Source: Candidatus Hodarchaeota archaeon
Lineage (GTDB): Archaea; Asgardarchaeota; Heimdallarchaeia; Hodarchaeales; Hodarchaeaceae
Direction: 5' to 3'
Length of the DNA: 20,477 nucleotides
Assembly (NCBI GenBank): GCA_016839785.1
Contig: JAEOTQ010000038.1
Location: 1 to 20,477 of the forward strand
Below the pieces are notes generated by a model that saw only the letters and a program-made list of their open reading frames with translations, was not told the origin of the DNA and made no database searches. Made by a program: the position numbers and the translations under genes. Shown here piece after piece: positions 1-11,100 of this stretch (position 1 is its first letter; every line of letters begins with the position of its first letter).

Positions 1-254
1 GCACCACTTCCAAAACCAATCATAACGATAAATACTGGTTCTAAATCCCAATTCGTATAAATTGGTTCCATATCTAAGGCGGGAACAAGCAAACTAAAGG
101 CAGAAGCGGCAAGCATGACTCCTGCGGCAAATCCTAACATAATATCTAAACTTCGATCCGAAAATTCCCGACCAAGAAGAACGGGTATTGCCCCTATGGA
201 AGTTGATAGTCCTGCAAGTAGAGAAGCTAATATTCCTAGAAGTATTATTTCCAT
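1..254 (-). CDS. ZIP (ZupT/GufA-like) family divalent metal transporter, N-terminal part; runs off the left edge
   Basis: Not in the ORF track. I translated it from ATG at 254 (GGAG ~8 nt upstream): MEIILLGILASLLAGLSTSIGAIPVLLGREFSDRSLDIMLGFAAGVMLAASAFSLLVPALDM... The AGLSTxIGA and LGFAAGVMLAASxFSLL segments are the typical first two TM motifs of the ZIP family. No stop occurs before position 1. Confidence 0.9.
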   Translation of the reverse strand, partial: MEIILLGILASLLAGLSTSIGAIPVLLGREFSDRSLDIMLGFAAGVMLAASAFSLLVPALDMEPIYTNWDLEPVFIVMIGFGSG

Positions 255-460
255 GTTCTAATCTCCAGATGATTTTTCTCATGTAAAGTTCAGATAGTAA
301 ATTGTAGTTGCCGAGAATAATATGAATTTTCTTACGCTTTTAGTAAAGATCATTCTAAGCATATTTTCTTAAGAGTCAATTAAACCTATAGACTAGAATG
401 GAAATGCTTTTGAGAGTGGATGTAAAAATAAGATGTGTCAGCTTTTTTGGTGTCACTGGA

Positions 461-1525
461 ATGCGTATCCGAGAAAATTGGGCCCTATTTGTAGAAGGGA
501 CTGAGGTTAAATGGACTTTTGGCGAGCCTAGCTCCGAGTTCTTAGAAATTGTTTCAAATTTTCTAATGGGTCTAGGGAATTTAGGGAAAGAATTGTTTGG
601 TGAAGGGATTGCAAGTATACAATTCGACATACCCCAACATGTAGGAATTAAATCGTCTGAAATCTTTATTGTTTCATTAGAAGATCAGTTTTTTCTGATT
701 ATTAGTGACCCAGCGGTTACACTCCTTCTTATTAATGCAGAAGGAGGTATTCCCGATGAAATTAAAGTAATTATGAAAGCCGTGCTTGTTGGGCAGGCCT
801 CAATCCTTTATGCAAATGCTGTATCCGGAGATATTGACGACGAAACAAAAGAAAGTATTGATTCTCATTTTCAAAATATCCTCCTAGATATTAACGAGAA
901 ATACTTGCAAGGGGATCTTATAAACACAATTGTTGGTCAGTTTGGAAGTAATTTCAGTATCTTAACCTTTGAAGAGTGTCTCATGCTTCATTATTATCTA
1001 AGAAAACATGCTGAACGTACCCAAGTAGCTAAACCTGCAGGGTGGGCAATGATTGCGAATTTAGAAGGGTGGGAAGTTCCACTAGCATATAATTTGACAA
1101 AAGAAGGAATTTGGGCTGGATTCTTCAGCGCAATAATAGGATTTATCCATTCGTTATTTGAGTCGAAGCCCCGCTCTATCACATTCGGATCCACAGCCAT
1201 CCATAAGCTGAGATTTGTATATGGCAAGAAATTTTATTTTATGGCTATAGATACTAGTTTTGTATCGGATTTACTTCTCCAAAAGCGATTCCAAACTGAA
1301 CTATTTAATACAAGTTACGCCATCCTTAAAGATATGTCAGTAGGAATAAAATCTCTCATAATTGAGGAGATATTAGCCTATAATGAGGATAAATTAAATG
1401 AGCTCTCTGTGGAATCGCTTCTTGATACTTACATCGGAGAAGATGAATCACTCGAATTAAGTCAAGATGAACGTGTGATTCGGATTTGGGGTAAACTCCT
1501 CCTTAGTTTTCAGAAACAAGAGTAG
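461..1525 (+). CDS. Soluble hypothetical protein with two longin/roadblock-like segments (the ORF track starts it at 398; ATG 461 looks more likely)
   Basis: Long ORF; GGTG lies upstream of ATG 461. It has two beta-beta-alpha-beta-beta-beta patterns: WALFVEG..VKWTFG..LEIVSNFLMGLGNLGKELFGEGIASIQF..EIFIVSLEDQFFLII and WAMIANLEG.EVPLAY..IWAGFFSAIIGFIHSLFESKPRSITF..KLRFVYGKKFYFMAID. The fold is inferred. Confidence 0.6.
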   Translation: MRIRENWALFVEGTEVKWTFGEPSSEFLEIVSNFLMGLGNLGKELFGEGIASIQFDIPQHVGIKSSEIFIVSLEDQFFLIISDPAVTLLLINAEGGIPDEIKVIMKAVLVGQASILYANAVSGDIDDETKESIDSHFQNILLDINEKYLQGDLINTIVGQFGSNFSILTFEECLMLHYYLRKHAERTQVAKPAGWAMIANLEGWEVPLAYNLTKEGIWAGFFSAIIGFIHSLFESKPRSITFGSTAIHKLRFVYGKKFYFMAIDTSFVSDLLLQKRFQTELFNTSYAILKDMSVGIKSLIIEEILAYNEDKLNELSVESLLDTYIGEDESLELSQDERVIRIWGKLLLSFQKQE

Positions 1526-1644
1526 ATTCCTGCCTTAAATGGTGAACTACCACCTTTTTACTTGAAGGTTTTTCTATCCCTAGAAAAATTCTTAATATTG
1601 TTGCTCGGGGTGGGAATGGTGTAGTAACAATATGGAGGATTTCA

Positions 1645-2442
1645 ATGACTGTACTAGACTTGTTCAAACTCACAAATAAAAAAGCCTTAGTAACTGGGGG
1701 CGCAAAGGGTATTGGACGTAAGATTAATGAAGGATTTTTAGAGGCAGGGGTCGAATCTCTCATATTCTGTGGTCGTGGAAGACATGGATCATTGGAAGAT
1801 GAACAAAATCGTTTAAAGGAGCTCTGGCCTTCGCGAGATATTAGAGGAATCGCTTGTGATATTAATAATGAATCGGATATCCATTCACTTATAGATCAGA
1901 TTCGTGATCTGAAAACTTTGGATATTTTAGTGAATAATGCCGGTGTTACATGGGCAGTTCCTACCTTGGATCAAACGATGAAATCTTGGCGCCGTACGGT
2001 GGATACGAATCTAACTGGAACATTCTTTATGTGTAAAACCGTTCTACAAGAACTTATGATAAATAATGAAAACGGTGGGAGCATTATCAATATCGCTTCG
2101 ATCCTAGCACTCAAAGGAGTTGCGGAAATCGCACAAATCGGATATTCAGCAACCAAAAGTGCTTTATTAGGTTTAACACGGCAACTAGCCGTAGAGTTTG
2201 CAAATTATGGGATTCGTGCAAATGTTATTTGTCCTGGTTTTATAGAGGGGGATTCAATGGCTGAACTTTTTACAAAAGAAGGAAGTCCAATTAGGGAGAC
2301 TCTCATAGACATGGTACCACTTCGACGGTTTGTTAGTGTAAACGATATGAAAGGAATAGTGACATTCTTGGCCTCAGATGCTTCCTCGTATATAACTGGA
2401 CAAGCTATCGCGGTTGGTGGAGGACTTACAGTAAGCCTATGA
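1645..2442 (+). CDS. Classical short-chain dehydrogenase/reductase (FabG/gluconate 5-dehydrogenase-like)
   Basis: TGGAKGIG nucleotide-binding motif, LVNNAG, IINIAS, catalytic YSATK, GIRANVICPG and YITGQ. GGAGG Shine-Dalgarno upstream of the start. Confidence 0.95.
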   Translation: MTVLDLFKLTNKKALVTGGAKGIGRKINEGFLEAGVESLIFCGRGRHGSLEDEQNRLKELWPSRDIRGIACDINNESDIHSLIDQIRDLKTLDILVNNAGVTWAVPTLDQTMKSWRRTVDTNLTGTFFMCKTVLQELMINNENGGSIINIASILALKGVAEIAQIGYSATKSALLGLTRQLAVEFANYGIRANVICPGFIEGDSMAELFTKEGSPIRETLIDMVPLRRFVSVNDMKGIVTFLASDASSYITGQAIAVGGGLTVSL

Positions 2443-2460
2443 TTTAGGATCAATGTACAA

Positions 2461-3585
2461 ATGTTATCCGATATTAAAAGTGAAATGCTCTCACATCCGC
2501 TGGAATATTATCTGGAAAATTACTTCGAAGCATTGGCTGAATTCGACAAACAATCAATTCCAATGATTGGATACTTCACCAATAAAACACCAGTTGAACT
2601 TCTAGACGCCATGAATTTGCACCCATTACGCATTTTTGCATTTAAACACCCCAAGTCTCATCAGGGCGCCTACGAACGTTATATTCAAACCTTTGCCTGC
2701 TCATGGTTACGAGGGATTCTTGATAATGGACTAGTGGACGGTTATAATGATCTAAAAGGGATTATGTTTTCAACTGGAACTTGTGATAGCCTGCAAAATG
2801 TATCTGACATTTGGCAGAAGGTTTTCCCAAATCAATTAACATATAATTTAACTTTTCCAATTCAGAGCAATACAGCAGCAAGCAAATACCTCGTGAATGA
2901 ATTTAAGCAATTTATTTCAGTTCTTCAAGATAATTTTGGGTGGTCTTCTAGTTTCAATTTGAAAGAGAGTATTCAGAAGTATAATTTGAAGAGGAAAATT
3001 CTACAGAACATTGCTAATTTTGTATCAAAGGGGCATTTAAATTATGCTTCATTGGCCAAAATAACGTATGTTAGTGATTTGTTACTTGTAGATGAATTCA
3101 CACGCTTGTTCAGAGATTTTTCTGCCCCTGATGGCAAAAGTTCTTCCTCCCAAGAAGAAACACCGCGATTACTTGTCTCTGGAGGTATGTGGGATAATTG
3201 GAAGTTATTTGATATACCTGAATGGGATGGACTGGTTGCAGACGATTTATCATTTGGATATCGTAATTTTAATTATCTTATTCCCGAAACTGATTCATTG
3301 GAATCATATGTAAAGTCACAACTAGCCAGAATACCTGAACCCACGGCGTACGATGAAAATCATCGCCTTGAGAGTCTGGGAAAACAAATCAAAGAACATA
3401 AAATTGACGGAGTAGTGCTTTTGACCATGAAATTTTGTGATCCAGATGCATTCGAACTTGTACCACTTCGAAAGCATTTGGAATCGCTAGAAATTCCTTA
3501 TCTAAATCTTGAAACAAGTCCAGATTTATCTAACCTTGCCCAACTTCGAACTCGATTATCTGCTTTTTCTGAAATACTACAATAG
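2461..3585 (+). CDS. 2-hydroxyacyl-CoA dehydratase family subunit (HgdB/BcrC-like, beta-type)
   Basis: PVELLDA.NLHPLR, three putative Fe-S cysteine motifs (FACSW, GTCDS, KFCDP) and C-terminal YLNLE..QLRTRLSAFSE. It lies 18 nt after the SDR and 5 nt before the partner subunit. Confidence 0.88.
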   Translation: MLSDIKSEMLSHPLEYYLENYFEALAEFDKQSIPMIGYFTNKTPVELLDAMNLHPLRIFAFKHPKSHQGAYERYIQTFACSWLRGILDNGLVDGYNDLKGIMFSTGTCDSLQNVSDIWQKVFPNQLTYNLTFPIQSNTAASKYLVNEFKQFISVLQDNFGWSSSFNLKESIQKYNLKRKILQNIANFVSKGHLNYASLAKITYVSDLLLVDEFTRLFRDFSAPDGKSSSSQEETPRLLVSGGMWDNWKLFDIPEWDGLVADDLSFGYRNFNYLIPETDSLESYVKSQLARIPEPTAYDENHRLESLGKQIKEHKIDGVVLLTMKFCDPDAFELVPLRKHLESLEIPYLNLETSPDLSNLAQLRTRLSAFSEILQ

Positions 3586-3590
3586 AAGGG

Positions 3591-4865
3591 ATGAATGGTA
3601 TGAACTCAGTTGAAAAACAACGTGTTTATCGACGCTTAGAGAGCACCCAAAGTGTAAAAAATAGTCAAGCTATGTATTATTTCCAGAGTAAAAACCCTTA
3701 TCTGCATGATGAGGGAAAGAAGATAGCTTGGATAACATCTGGAGGGCCTGTAGAGTTTTTAGTAGCTATGGACATTATTCCACTATATCCAGAACAATAT
3801 GGGGCTATTGCAGGTTCAGCAAAGGATAGTACTCGGTTGAGCCAGGTTGCGGAGTCACACGGATACAGTCAGGATATATGTGCTTATGCACGGACATCTT
3901 TCGGGAGCATATTATCCCCTGAAAGTCCTACTCCACTATCTGAAATCGATGGTGTTGGGGGATTGGCAACTCCTGACATGTTAATCTGTGGAAATAATAT
4001 CTGTGGGACTGTTCTCAAGTGGTATCAAGATTTAGCCAGAATATATAAAATACCTTTATTTATCTTCGATACTCCTCCGTTGACTGATGATAAAATCTCT
4101 TCTTATTATATTGAATATTTAACAACTCAGATGAGCGAATACATTACTTTTTTAGAAAGTGAAATGAATAAACAAATGGATATTGAGATTTTAACAGAGG
4201 TTTTTCAGAACTCAAAGCATGCTATCGAGCTTTGGACAAAGATATTAAGTTTAGGAGAGGCAATTCCAGCTCCACTAAATTGTGCTGATCGTTTTCTTCT
4301 AATGGCACCTGTGGTATCCCAGAGAGGTACATCTGAAACTGTTTCTCTTTATGAAGAAGTATACCAGGAAGTTCAGACACGAGTCGATAATTCGGAAGGA
4401 GCAATTACAGTCCCCGAACAGTATCGATTACTCTGGGATAATATACCAATCTGGTTCAATCTTTATGATTTCTATAACACACTTGCTCAAAAAGGAGTAG
4501 TCTTCCCTGTAGATACGTATACAAATGCATGGTCGCAAAATTTTCAAGAATCGGGAGATTTACTGAAAGATGCGGCCGTAATGTACTCTAATATCTACTT
4601 AAATAAGACACTTCAACATAAAATCGATTTAGTAAGTGTTCTCGCAAAGAAATATCAATGTGATGGAATTTTGTATCATTCTATGCGATCCTGTAAGCGT
4701 TATTCGTTAGGTCAACCAATTACCCGAGTTGAAGTTACTGAAAAAACAAATATTCCTGGAACCTTAATAGAAGGGGATATGAATGATTCGCGCGCGTATT
4801 CTGAGGGTCAAGTAATGACGCGCATTGACGCTCTTTTGGAATTAATTGATACACAAAGAAATTAA
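3591..4865 (+). CDS. 2-hydroxyacyl-CoA dehydratase family subunit (HgdA/BcrB-like, alpha-type)
   Basis: KIAW..GGPVEFLVAMD..YPE, AE.HGYSQDICAYAR, NNICG...KWY, RSCKRYS and IEGDMND.R..SEGQVMTRIDA. Confidence 0.9.
   Translation: MNGMNSVEKQRVYRRLESTQSVKNSQAMYYFQSKNPYLHDEGKKIAWITSGGPVEFLVAMDIIPLYPEQYGAIAGSAKDSTRLSQVAESHGYSQDICAYARTSFGSILSPESPTPLSEIDGVGGLATPDMLICGNNICGTVLKWYQDLARIYKIPLFIFDTPPLTDDKISSYYIEYLTTQMSEYITFLESEMNKQMDIEILTEVFQNSKHAIELWTKILSLGEAIPAPLNCADRFLLMAPVVSQRGTSETVSLYEEVYQEVQTRVDNSEGAITVPEQYRLLWDNIPIWFNLYDFYNTLAQKGVVFPVDTYTNAWSQNFQESGDLLKDAAVMYSNIYLNKTLQHKIDLVSVLAKKYQCDGILYHSMRSCKRYSLGQPITRVEVTEKTNIPGTLIEGDMNDSRAYSEGQVMTRIDALLELIDTQRN
4713..4865 (+). repeat. Direct repeat copy 1: last 51 codons of the dehydratase alpha gene
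   Basis: Aligns without gaps to 12638..12790; 131/153 nt identical by manual count. Confidence 0.95.
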
Positions 4866-5090
4866 GAAAAATTTAGGTCATCTGTTAATTTTTATAAGAG
4901 CTAAATTTGAAAACTGCGGAAGTTCAAAAAGTCAATTAATCGAATTTTAATTGAAGATATATTTGGTGTAAGGGATTAATGAATAGCTCAGAACTAGATC
5001 TTATCTCATATCAGCAACATATCAAATAGAAATATACTGAGTGAATCTGGAGGAACAACCTGCATAATAAGGCAAATGAAGAAGTTGAAG

Positions 5091-5117
5091 AGTAAATGCT
5101 AGTAAAAGCTAGTAAAA
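5091..5117 (-). terminator. Possible archaeal T-tract terminator of the 2399-aa gene; 10-nt periodic repeat
   Basis: Plus strand reads agtaaatgct agtaaaagct agtaaaa, giving repeated TTT(T)ACT on the minus strand just after the stop codon. Confidence 0.3.
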
Positions 5118-5131
5118 CAATCAATCTGATT

Positions 5132-8100
5132 TTATTCATCAGCAGTACTAGGGATGCAAGGTACAATAATTTTTATTGAAGGCGAACTACCTTTCCAAAG
5201 GGCGTCAAAGATTTCTTCTTCAGATAGCTTAATAATTTTTTCAAAAATGTCTAAGGCTTCTGTATACAATAGCGGGGCGATTTCCAAGGATTGATTTGAA
5301 CGTACAGCGTTATTAAAGGAATTTATTTGTGTTTTAGATCTACTGGTGCCAACTTCCTGAGTCGACTTGAGGATTGCTAATCTCTTTAATCCTAAAAGTG
5401 CGTTTTTGGAAATTTCAATTGAGGTTTCTGTTTTTTCCTCCTTATCCAATTCATAAATCCTTTGGCAGTTTAATGTAAAAGCTGAAAGAAGATGTAACGG
5501 GAAAAAGTGATTTATTACATTTGCTACAACAGGAATCGTTAGGGTCTCATCTATTATGCCGAAATCATTATGGGGTAATTTTTCTTCTAATAATCGGGCA
5601 ATACTCACGAAAGAAGATTTGATAAACTCTATTGGCTTTTCTTTCGTAAACAAGAAAATTTTATAATGTTGAGTAGAGACAATTAAGATTTGGATTTGAT
5701 TTTTGACAATAGCACTGGTTTTAATCTGCCCTGCAGAGGGTGATTCAGATCGAGAACTTGGTTCAAGTAAATAGCTGATGAAGTCGGACTGAAAGGATTC
5801 AAGAAATGAATCAATCCCTACAGATAATCCACTTAAAACATCTTGCCTAGATGAATCAGGTTTATATAATACATTATTCAGGTTAAAGACAGGTAATCCA
5901 GTATCTGTTGTTACTAAAATAGTATAAATGTTCGTAATCGAAGCTAACTTCGCCTGTGTACTTAAAAGTTCATCCATTTTCTCGATTACATTTTTACGAT
6001 ATGTGGAATAAGAAACAAAGAGTAGTATAAAAATCAGGGATGAAACTCCAATGATTAATGCGACCTGTTCGAATGATATGTCTGTTGGAGAGGATTCAGG
6101 TAAAAAGAGATAGTTTCGTTGCTCGGAATAAACGACATTGATAGCATTTAAAGCATCATACACCACTATTTGCCAATTCAATGTCCCTGGCTCCCCGAAT
6201 TCCAAAGATGTAACGTATAATGTGCCATTGGAAGTCATTTCCAGAGTCATAAATTCCTTAACAGTAGCTCCAGTACCTTGATTTATAAATTCATAAAAGA
6301 GCTCAACTTTATCAATTCCAGAACCCCAATCAGTTACATTTGCCCATATTCGAAGGAAATTCCCTGAAATGGGTTCGATATTAGACTCGATAATTACTGG
6401 ACCCCAATACGTGCGTAAATCATTGTTTGAGATAATGACGGATTGTGTGGAATCACTTACTTCGATGTAATAATTAAAAGTTTGATTGCATTCCATAACC
6501 ATAGAATAAATATAAAGATCTAAAGAGGTGGAATAACTCATATTTTTGCAAATAGTAATCCAAGTACTATTTTCATAAATAAAATAATCGATTGTTATGG
6601 TTATCCAATTGATGGAACCGAAAGGATCTGTAGCATCAGCCCAAAATTCTATTTCGGTATGAGAATGGTTCACTAAGCTTTCATTAAAGCCAAAACCATT
6701 GCAAACAGGTGGAGTATCATCAGTAATAATGAATATATGCCATGAGCTAATGTAGGTATTGTTGCTATTATCAAAAGATATAATTCGATAATTAAAAGCA
6801 TTTCCAGGTACAAATCCAGATACACTATGAGTAAACATGCTATTTGTACCATTTTCAATCATAGTTTCGTTGAATATCGAAATAAATACGTATTCGATAC
6901 GAACTGCATTTTCTGCTAATCCACTCCCGTTTATTGAATCTTCCACAATGGCCCAGAATGTAACAGTTCCATTTTGATATTCCTCAATTCCAGTATCTAA
7001 GAGTTTAGGAGGAGATTGATCCTTAACAATAATTGTCTCAACTAGAGTACCGATATTCCCTGAGGCATCATTTACCCAAATCTTGATCTCAAGAATGTCA
7101 CCAAATATGAAATATGAACTGAAAGTGTAGAAGTAAAACGAATCATAATGCATTTTAAAAGAGGAAGTTTGACCGCTGACGGTGAGATTGATGCTTACCG
7201 TATTATTAATGTCTCGGATACTACCATATGGATCGTTTGCCCAAGATGTAAATGTGATTTGCCCATCATTTACTAAAGATTCTTCAATTAAAAGAGAAAG
7301 GACAGGAGCAATTTTATCTTCCAGTGAAAAGGATTGTGCAGAGGCTTGTCCAGGATTATTCCAATTTTTATAGTTATCAACCGTTGAGACATAAAACCAG
7401 AGTGTATTATCAGCAAAATCCAATGAAAATACTCTCATCATGAAAAAAGTGTCATTTTCTTGAGTCATGCTAAGGTTAATCCATTCTGCAAAATAATCCT
7501 GAGTAAAAAGAATGAATGCAAATGAGGAATTGGATGGCCAGTCTGTAACAAAAGCAAAAAAGTCTACAGTTCCATTTCCCCAATCTTTTGTCCAAGAATA
7601 GGTACTGGGAGAAATAATATCTAAAATTGAAACTGTTTCATTAACAGATAGAGAAATATAGTTACCCGCTAAATCGAATGAAGAAATCCAATAGGATATT
7701 GAATCATTGAATTGGAAAACATGACTGAAGTAATATGATTCCTCCAGAGCAGTCATTGAGTAGTTGAAGGATTTTCCATTGATTATTAAATGAATACAGA
7801 CACTACTATCATTAACGCCGCTTTGAAAATTTGTTCTGTCCTCAACTTTAGCAAAGAACTCAACAAATCCGTTCGTATGAGATGAAATGCTATCCTCTAG
7901 GTTTGATATAATTGGTGATTCATCATCTTCAGGAATGATGTACTGAAGTGGGCCGATTTGACCATATAAACGCGATCCGTTCTCATTTCCTATACTATCA
8001 AATACAGAGTAAATAGTATAATTTAAGTGAACACCATAGTGCGCACTAATTCTTAGTGTCCAAATACCAGATACATTCATGTACATCTCTAATAGTTCTT

Positions 8101-11100
8101 CATTGACTTGTAAAATTACTGGAGCGACTACTAAGCTCATATTATCGGTTAAATTAGCGTAAAAAACAAGTGTACCATTTTTATAGTCAATTACATTATA
8201 TTCTACAATTGTGGGTGGAAATCGATCCCCTAGATATATAATCTGGACTAAGGAAGTGGCTGAATTGTTGGCAAAATCCGTAGCAATGATATTAAACATT
8301 ACCTTAACGTTTCTATGGTTTAATGAATCCAAAGCTGTCGCATTATAGTATAATATACCTGAAAATAGTTCCATGGAAAAATTACTTTGAATGAGTATTG
8401 CTCCATTTGAAGTATTAATCGCCGTTAAGTTTAAGCTGACTTTTAGATTATAACTTACGTCCTCGACACTTGTGAAAAATGTCGAAGCATTGTCGAAAGG
8501 TATTGAAGTATTTTCGAAATACAAATTAATTATATTTGGAGGTTCTGTATCGGAAAATATGGATATAACTATAGTAAAATTGAATTCAGGATTCAAAGAA
8601 TAAAGAGAATCAGGAAAAATTGACAAATTTCTAAGAGAATTGTTAATAGTCGACTCAAACTCAACAGATATATTGTAAAAGGCGTACCGTAAGTTTGTAA
8701 AAGAAGTAAATCCAAGATTAGTTGTATTCTGAATCCAGAATGAGGTTTGATTATTTGCATTCATGAGGGTTACTGATGCATTTGAGAGAATTAATTGTTC
8801 AGAATCGATAACCTGGACTCGTACAGTTGCATTTTCTGGTTTTCTTTCAAAATCTAGAATTGAATTCCCATAAACGTCATTATTTATTTCATCGAAGTAA
8901 ATCGCATAAAATTTATCCATAGAAATGAAATTAGTACGGATGACAATCCAAGGATGTGAAGCAATATTTATTTTCGATGCTGGGCTCCAATTATGTCCGT
9001 TATCACTGGAATTTCGCATATAAATTGCTTCTCCCAGTATATATATCGCAATAAGCAGATTTTGTGTTGGATCATAAAATGGTTTAACTTCATCCCCGAG
9101 TATTCCAATATTTGTTACTACGTTAGATCTTTGAGCCCAAGTACGATTATTTTCGAAGAATATCCATGATTCAAGATCCGAAGAGGAGTTATAAATATAA
9201 TTGTTAAGAAGTAAGTAAATATTGTTTGAAATCGGATCGTGAACGGCTCCCCAATTTGCATTATTACTGTAATCGTCGGCTGGGGGGATAAGAGTTGTAT
9301 TAATCTGTGTGATGTAGGTGGGAGATGTATCCCATGAGTTCGTTGAGATATCATAGGCAAATGAGAACAGATCATTACTGGTAGAATCTTCATAAATGCA
9401 TAAAATATCACCATTACCTAAAGGAAGGAGTTGTCCATGATCATCGTCATCATCCAAGAAAGTATAACTTGGTGTGATGTCCGACCAGACTGTGTCGTAT
9501 TTAGCAAATTGTGGTCCATTCGTCATCCAAGATGCACTAAAAATTGTGCCATCTTCGGATACTGTCACTGCCCCTCCTCCATCAGGCGCGTTATGAGAGC
9601 CTCCTGAACTTAAGATAGATGTCCAACCACCATTCGTAGTATCATCTTCTGTATCCAAATAATTATAAGCCATTTCATCATCATCGATAGAATTTGCTAC
9701 TAGATGAATTTTCGAGCCTGCCCTATCTTGTGTCCATTGATCAAACCAACATGAAAAACTTCGAAACGAATATTGTGGTGGCCCACAATCAATATTCACT
9801 GGACCATACCAATTAATTCCCCCATTAACAGTCTTATAATAGACGATTTCTGCTCTACCTCCATTAGTTTTTTGGAAAAATACATAGCCATGAGAATCAT
9901 TGATAAAAACCACGTTTGGTCCGGGATTGTATTCATCAGTGGCGTCATATACATCGGTGTCAATAATAACTTCCATTTGTTCCGTGGGAGGAAAAAATTC
10001 TTGCTGTTCTTCCCCTCCTATCATGTAAAATGATTGAGGAGAGAGTTGATTTTGATATTCGGTTAAAATCCAGTCGGAGGAAAGGATTACTCTGGAAATG
10101 CGAAGCTCATCGATAATCCCTTGAAAAAACTCATTTTCAAATGTCTGTTCCAAATAAGTGCTCCCAATTTTGTATCTTCCATACGTCCCAAATGTTCCTT
10201 CCCCATCAGCACTCATGCTTCCTTCACTTATTCCATCTTTATAAATTAATCCTGTAGTTGTACTCTGAATTGTAGTCGCGGTGACATATATCCAAGTTGA
10301 ACCATCCCACGAATTTGTGCTCCCATCTACATATTCAAATGAATTCTCTGGCCCATACCCCTCGACTTTGGAGTATATTGTACCAGTAGCGTGATTATTA
10401 TCAGTCCCTGCAAACGTAAAAGCCATATTATAGGTAGAAGTGTTATAATGCCCAAATATTGGTAAAGACTCGGGAGACGTTGTATTAAAAGCAGAGTCCA
10501 GTTTTACCCATGCTGAAATACTATAATCCCCAGTTCCAACCCCTGGATCCCACAAACCTAAGTTGATGTAGTCATCAATACCATCGAATCTCCTAGCATT
10601 TCCAATCTGGCCAGAATCGTTCAAAGTCCCTTGGTTTGTTCCATTAAGCCCTCTCGAAGAAGATTCACTAATATCTGAACCCATATGCCATATTCCTACA
10701 TAATTTTCGTTCCAAACTCCCGTGGGATTCTCTTGACTACCAATCGTTGGATTATTGTAATACATACAGATAGATGTATCAGAAGTTGCAGAAAGAAAAG
10801 GAATTCGAATCCAAGTTACTAGAAGTGCGTGGGTTGCATTAAATGTCGGATTGAATTTCTCTATCTCATGATCCAGCTTAATATTGTCTTCGGATAAAAA
10901 AAGAATGTCATCTCCATCAACTTGTGACTTGGTTGGCAGATCCTTATCATAAAGTACAAAGAGGAACGGAAAATCCGTCAAATTGGATGGTATATTGTCA
11001 CTATCGAGTATGAATTGTTTTCTATTCCCAAACGTGCTTGCACCCCAATTTGTGTTTAATTGTTCATTTTCTCCAACAATATAAAAGCTAGAAGGGTTAA

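Noticed and set aside
94-282. 62-aa minus-strand ORF in the track
   Set aside because: It is an out-of-frame shadow of the ZIP transporter reading frame that starts at 254.
376-4404. Short ORFs of 60-86 aa overlapping the longin-like, SDR and dehydratase genes
   Set aside because: They are antisense or alternate-frame overlaps of well-supported genes and carry no recognisable motifs.
5820-5833. 14-nt exact match ACAGATAATCCACT shared with 14844-14857, considered as a recombination site
   Set aside because: It encodes the conserved SGLSV peptide, and surrounding codons differ synonymously, so protein conservation explains it.
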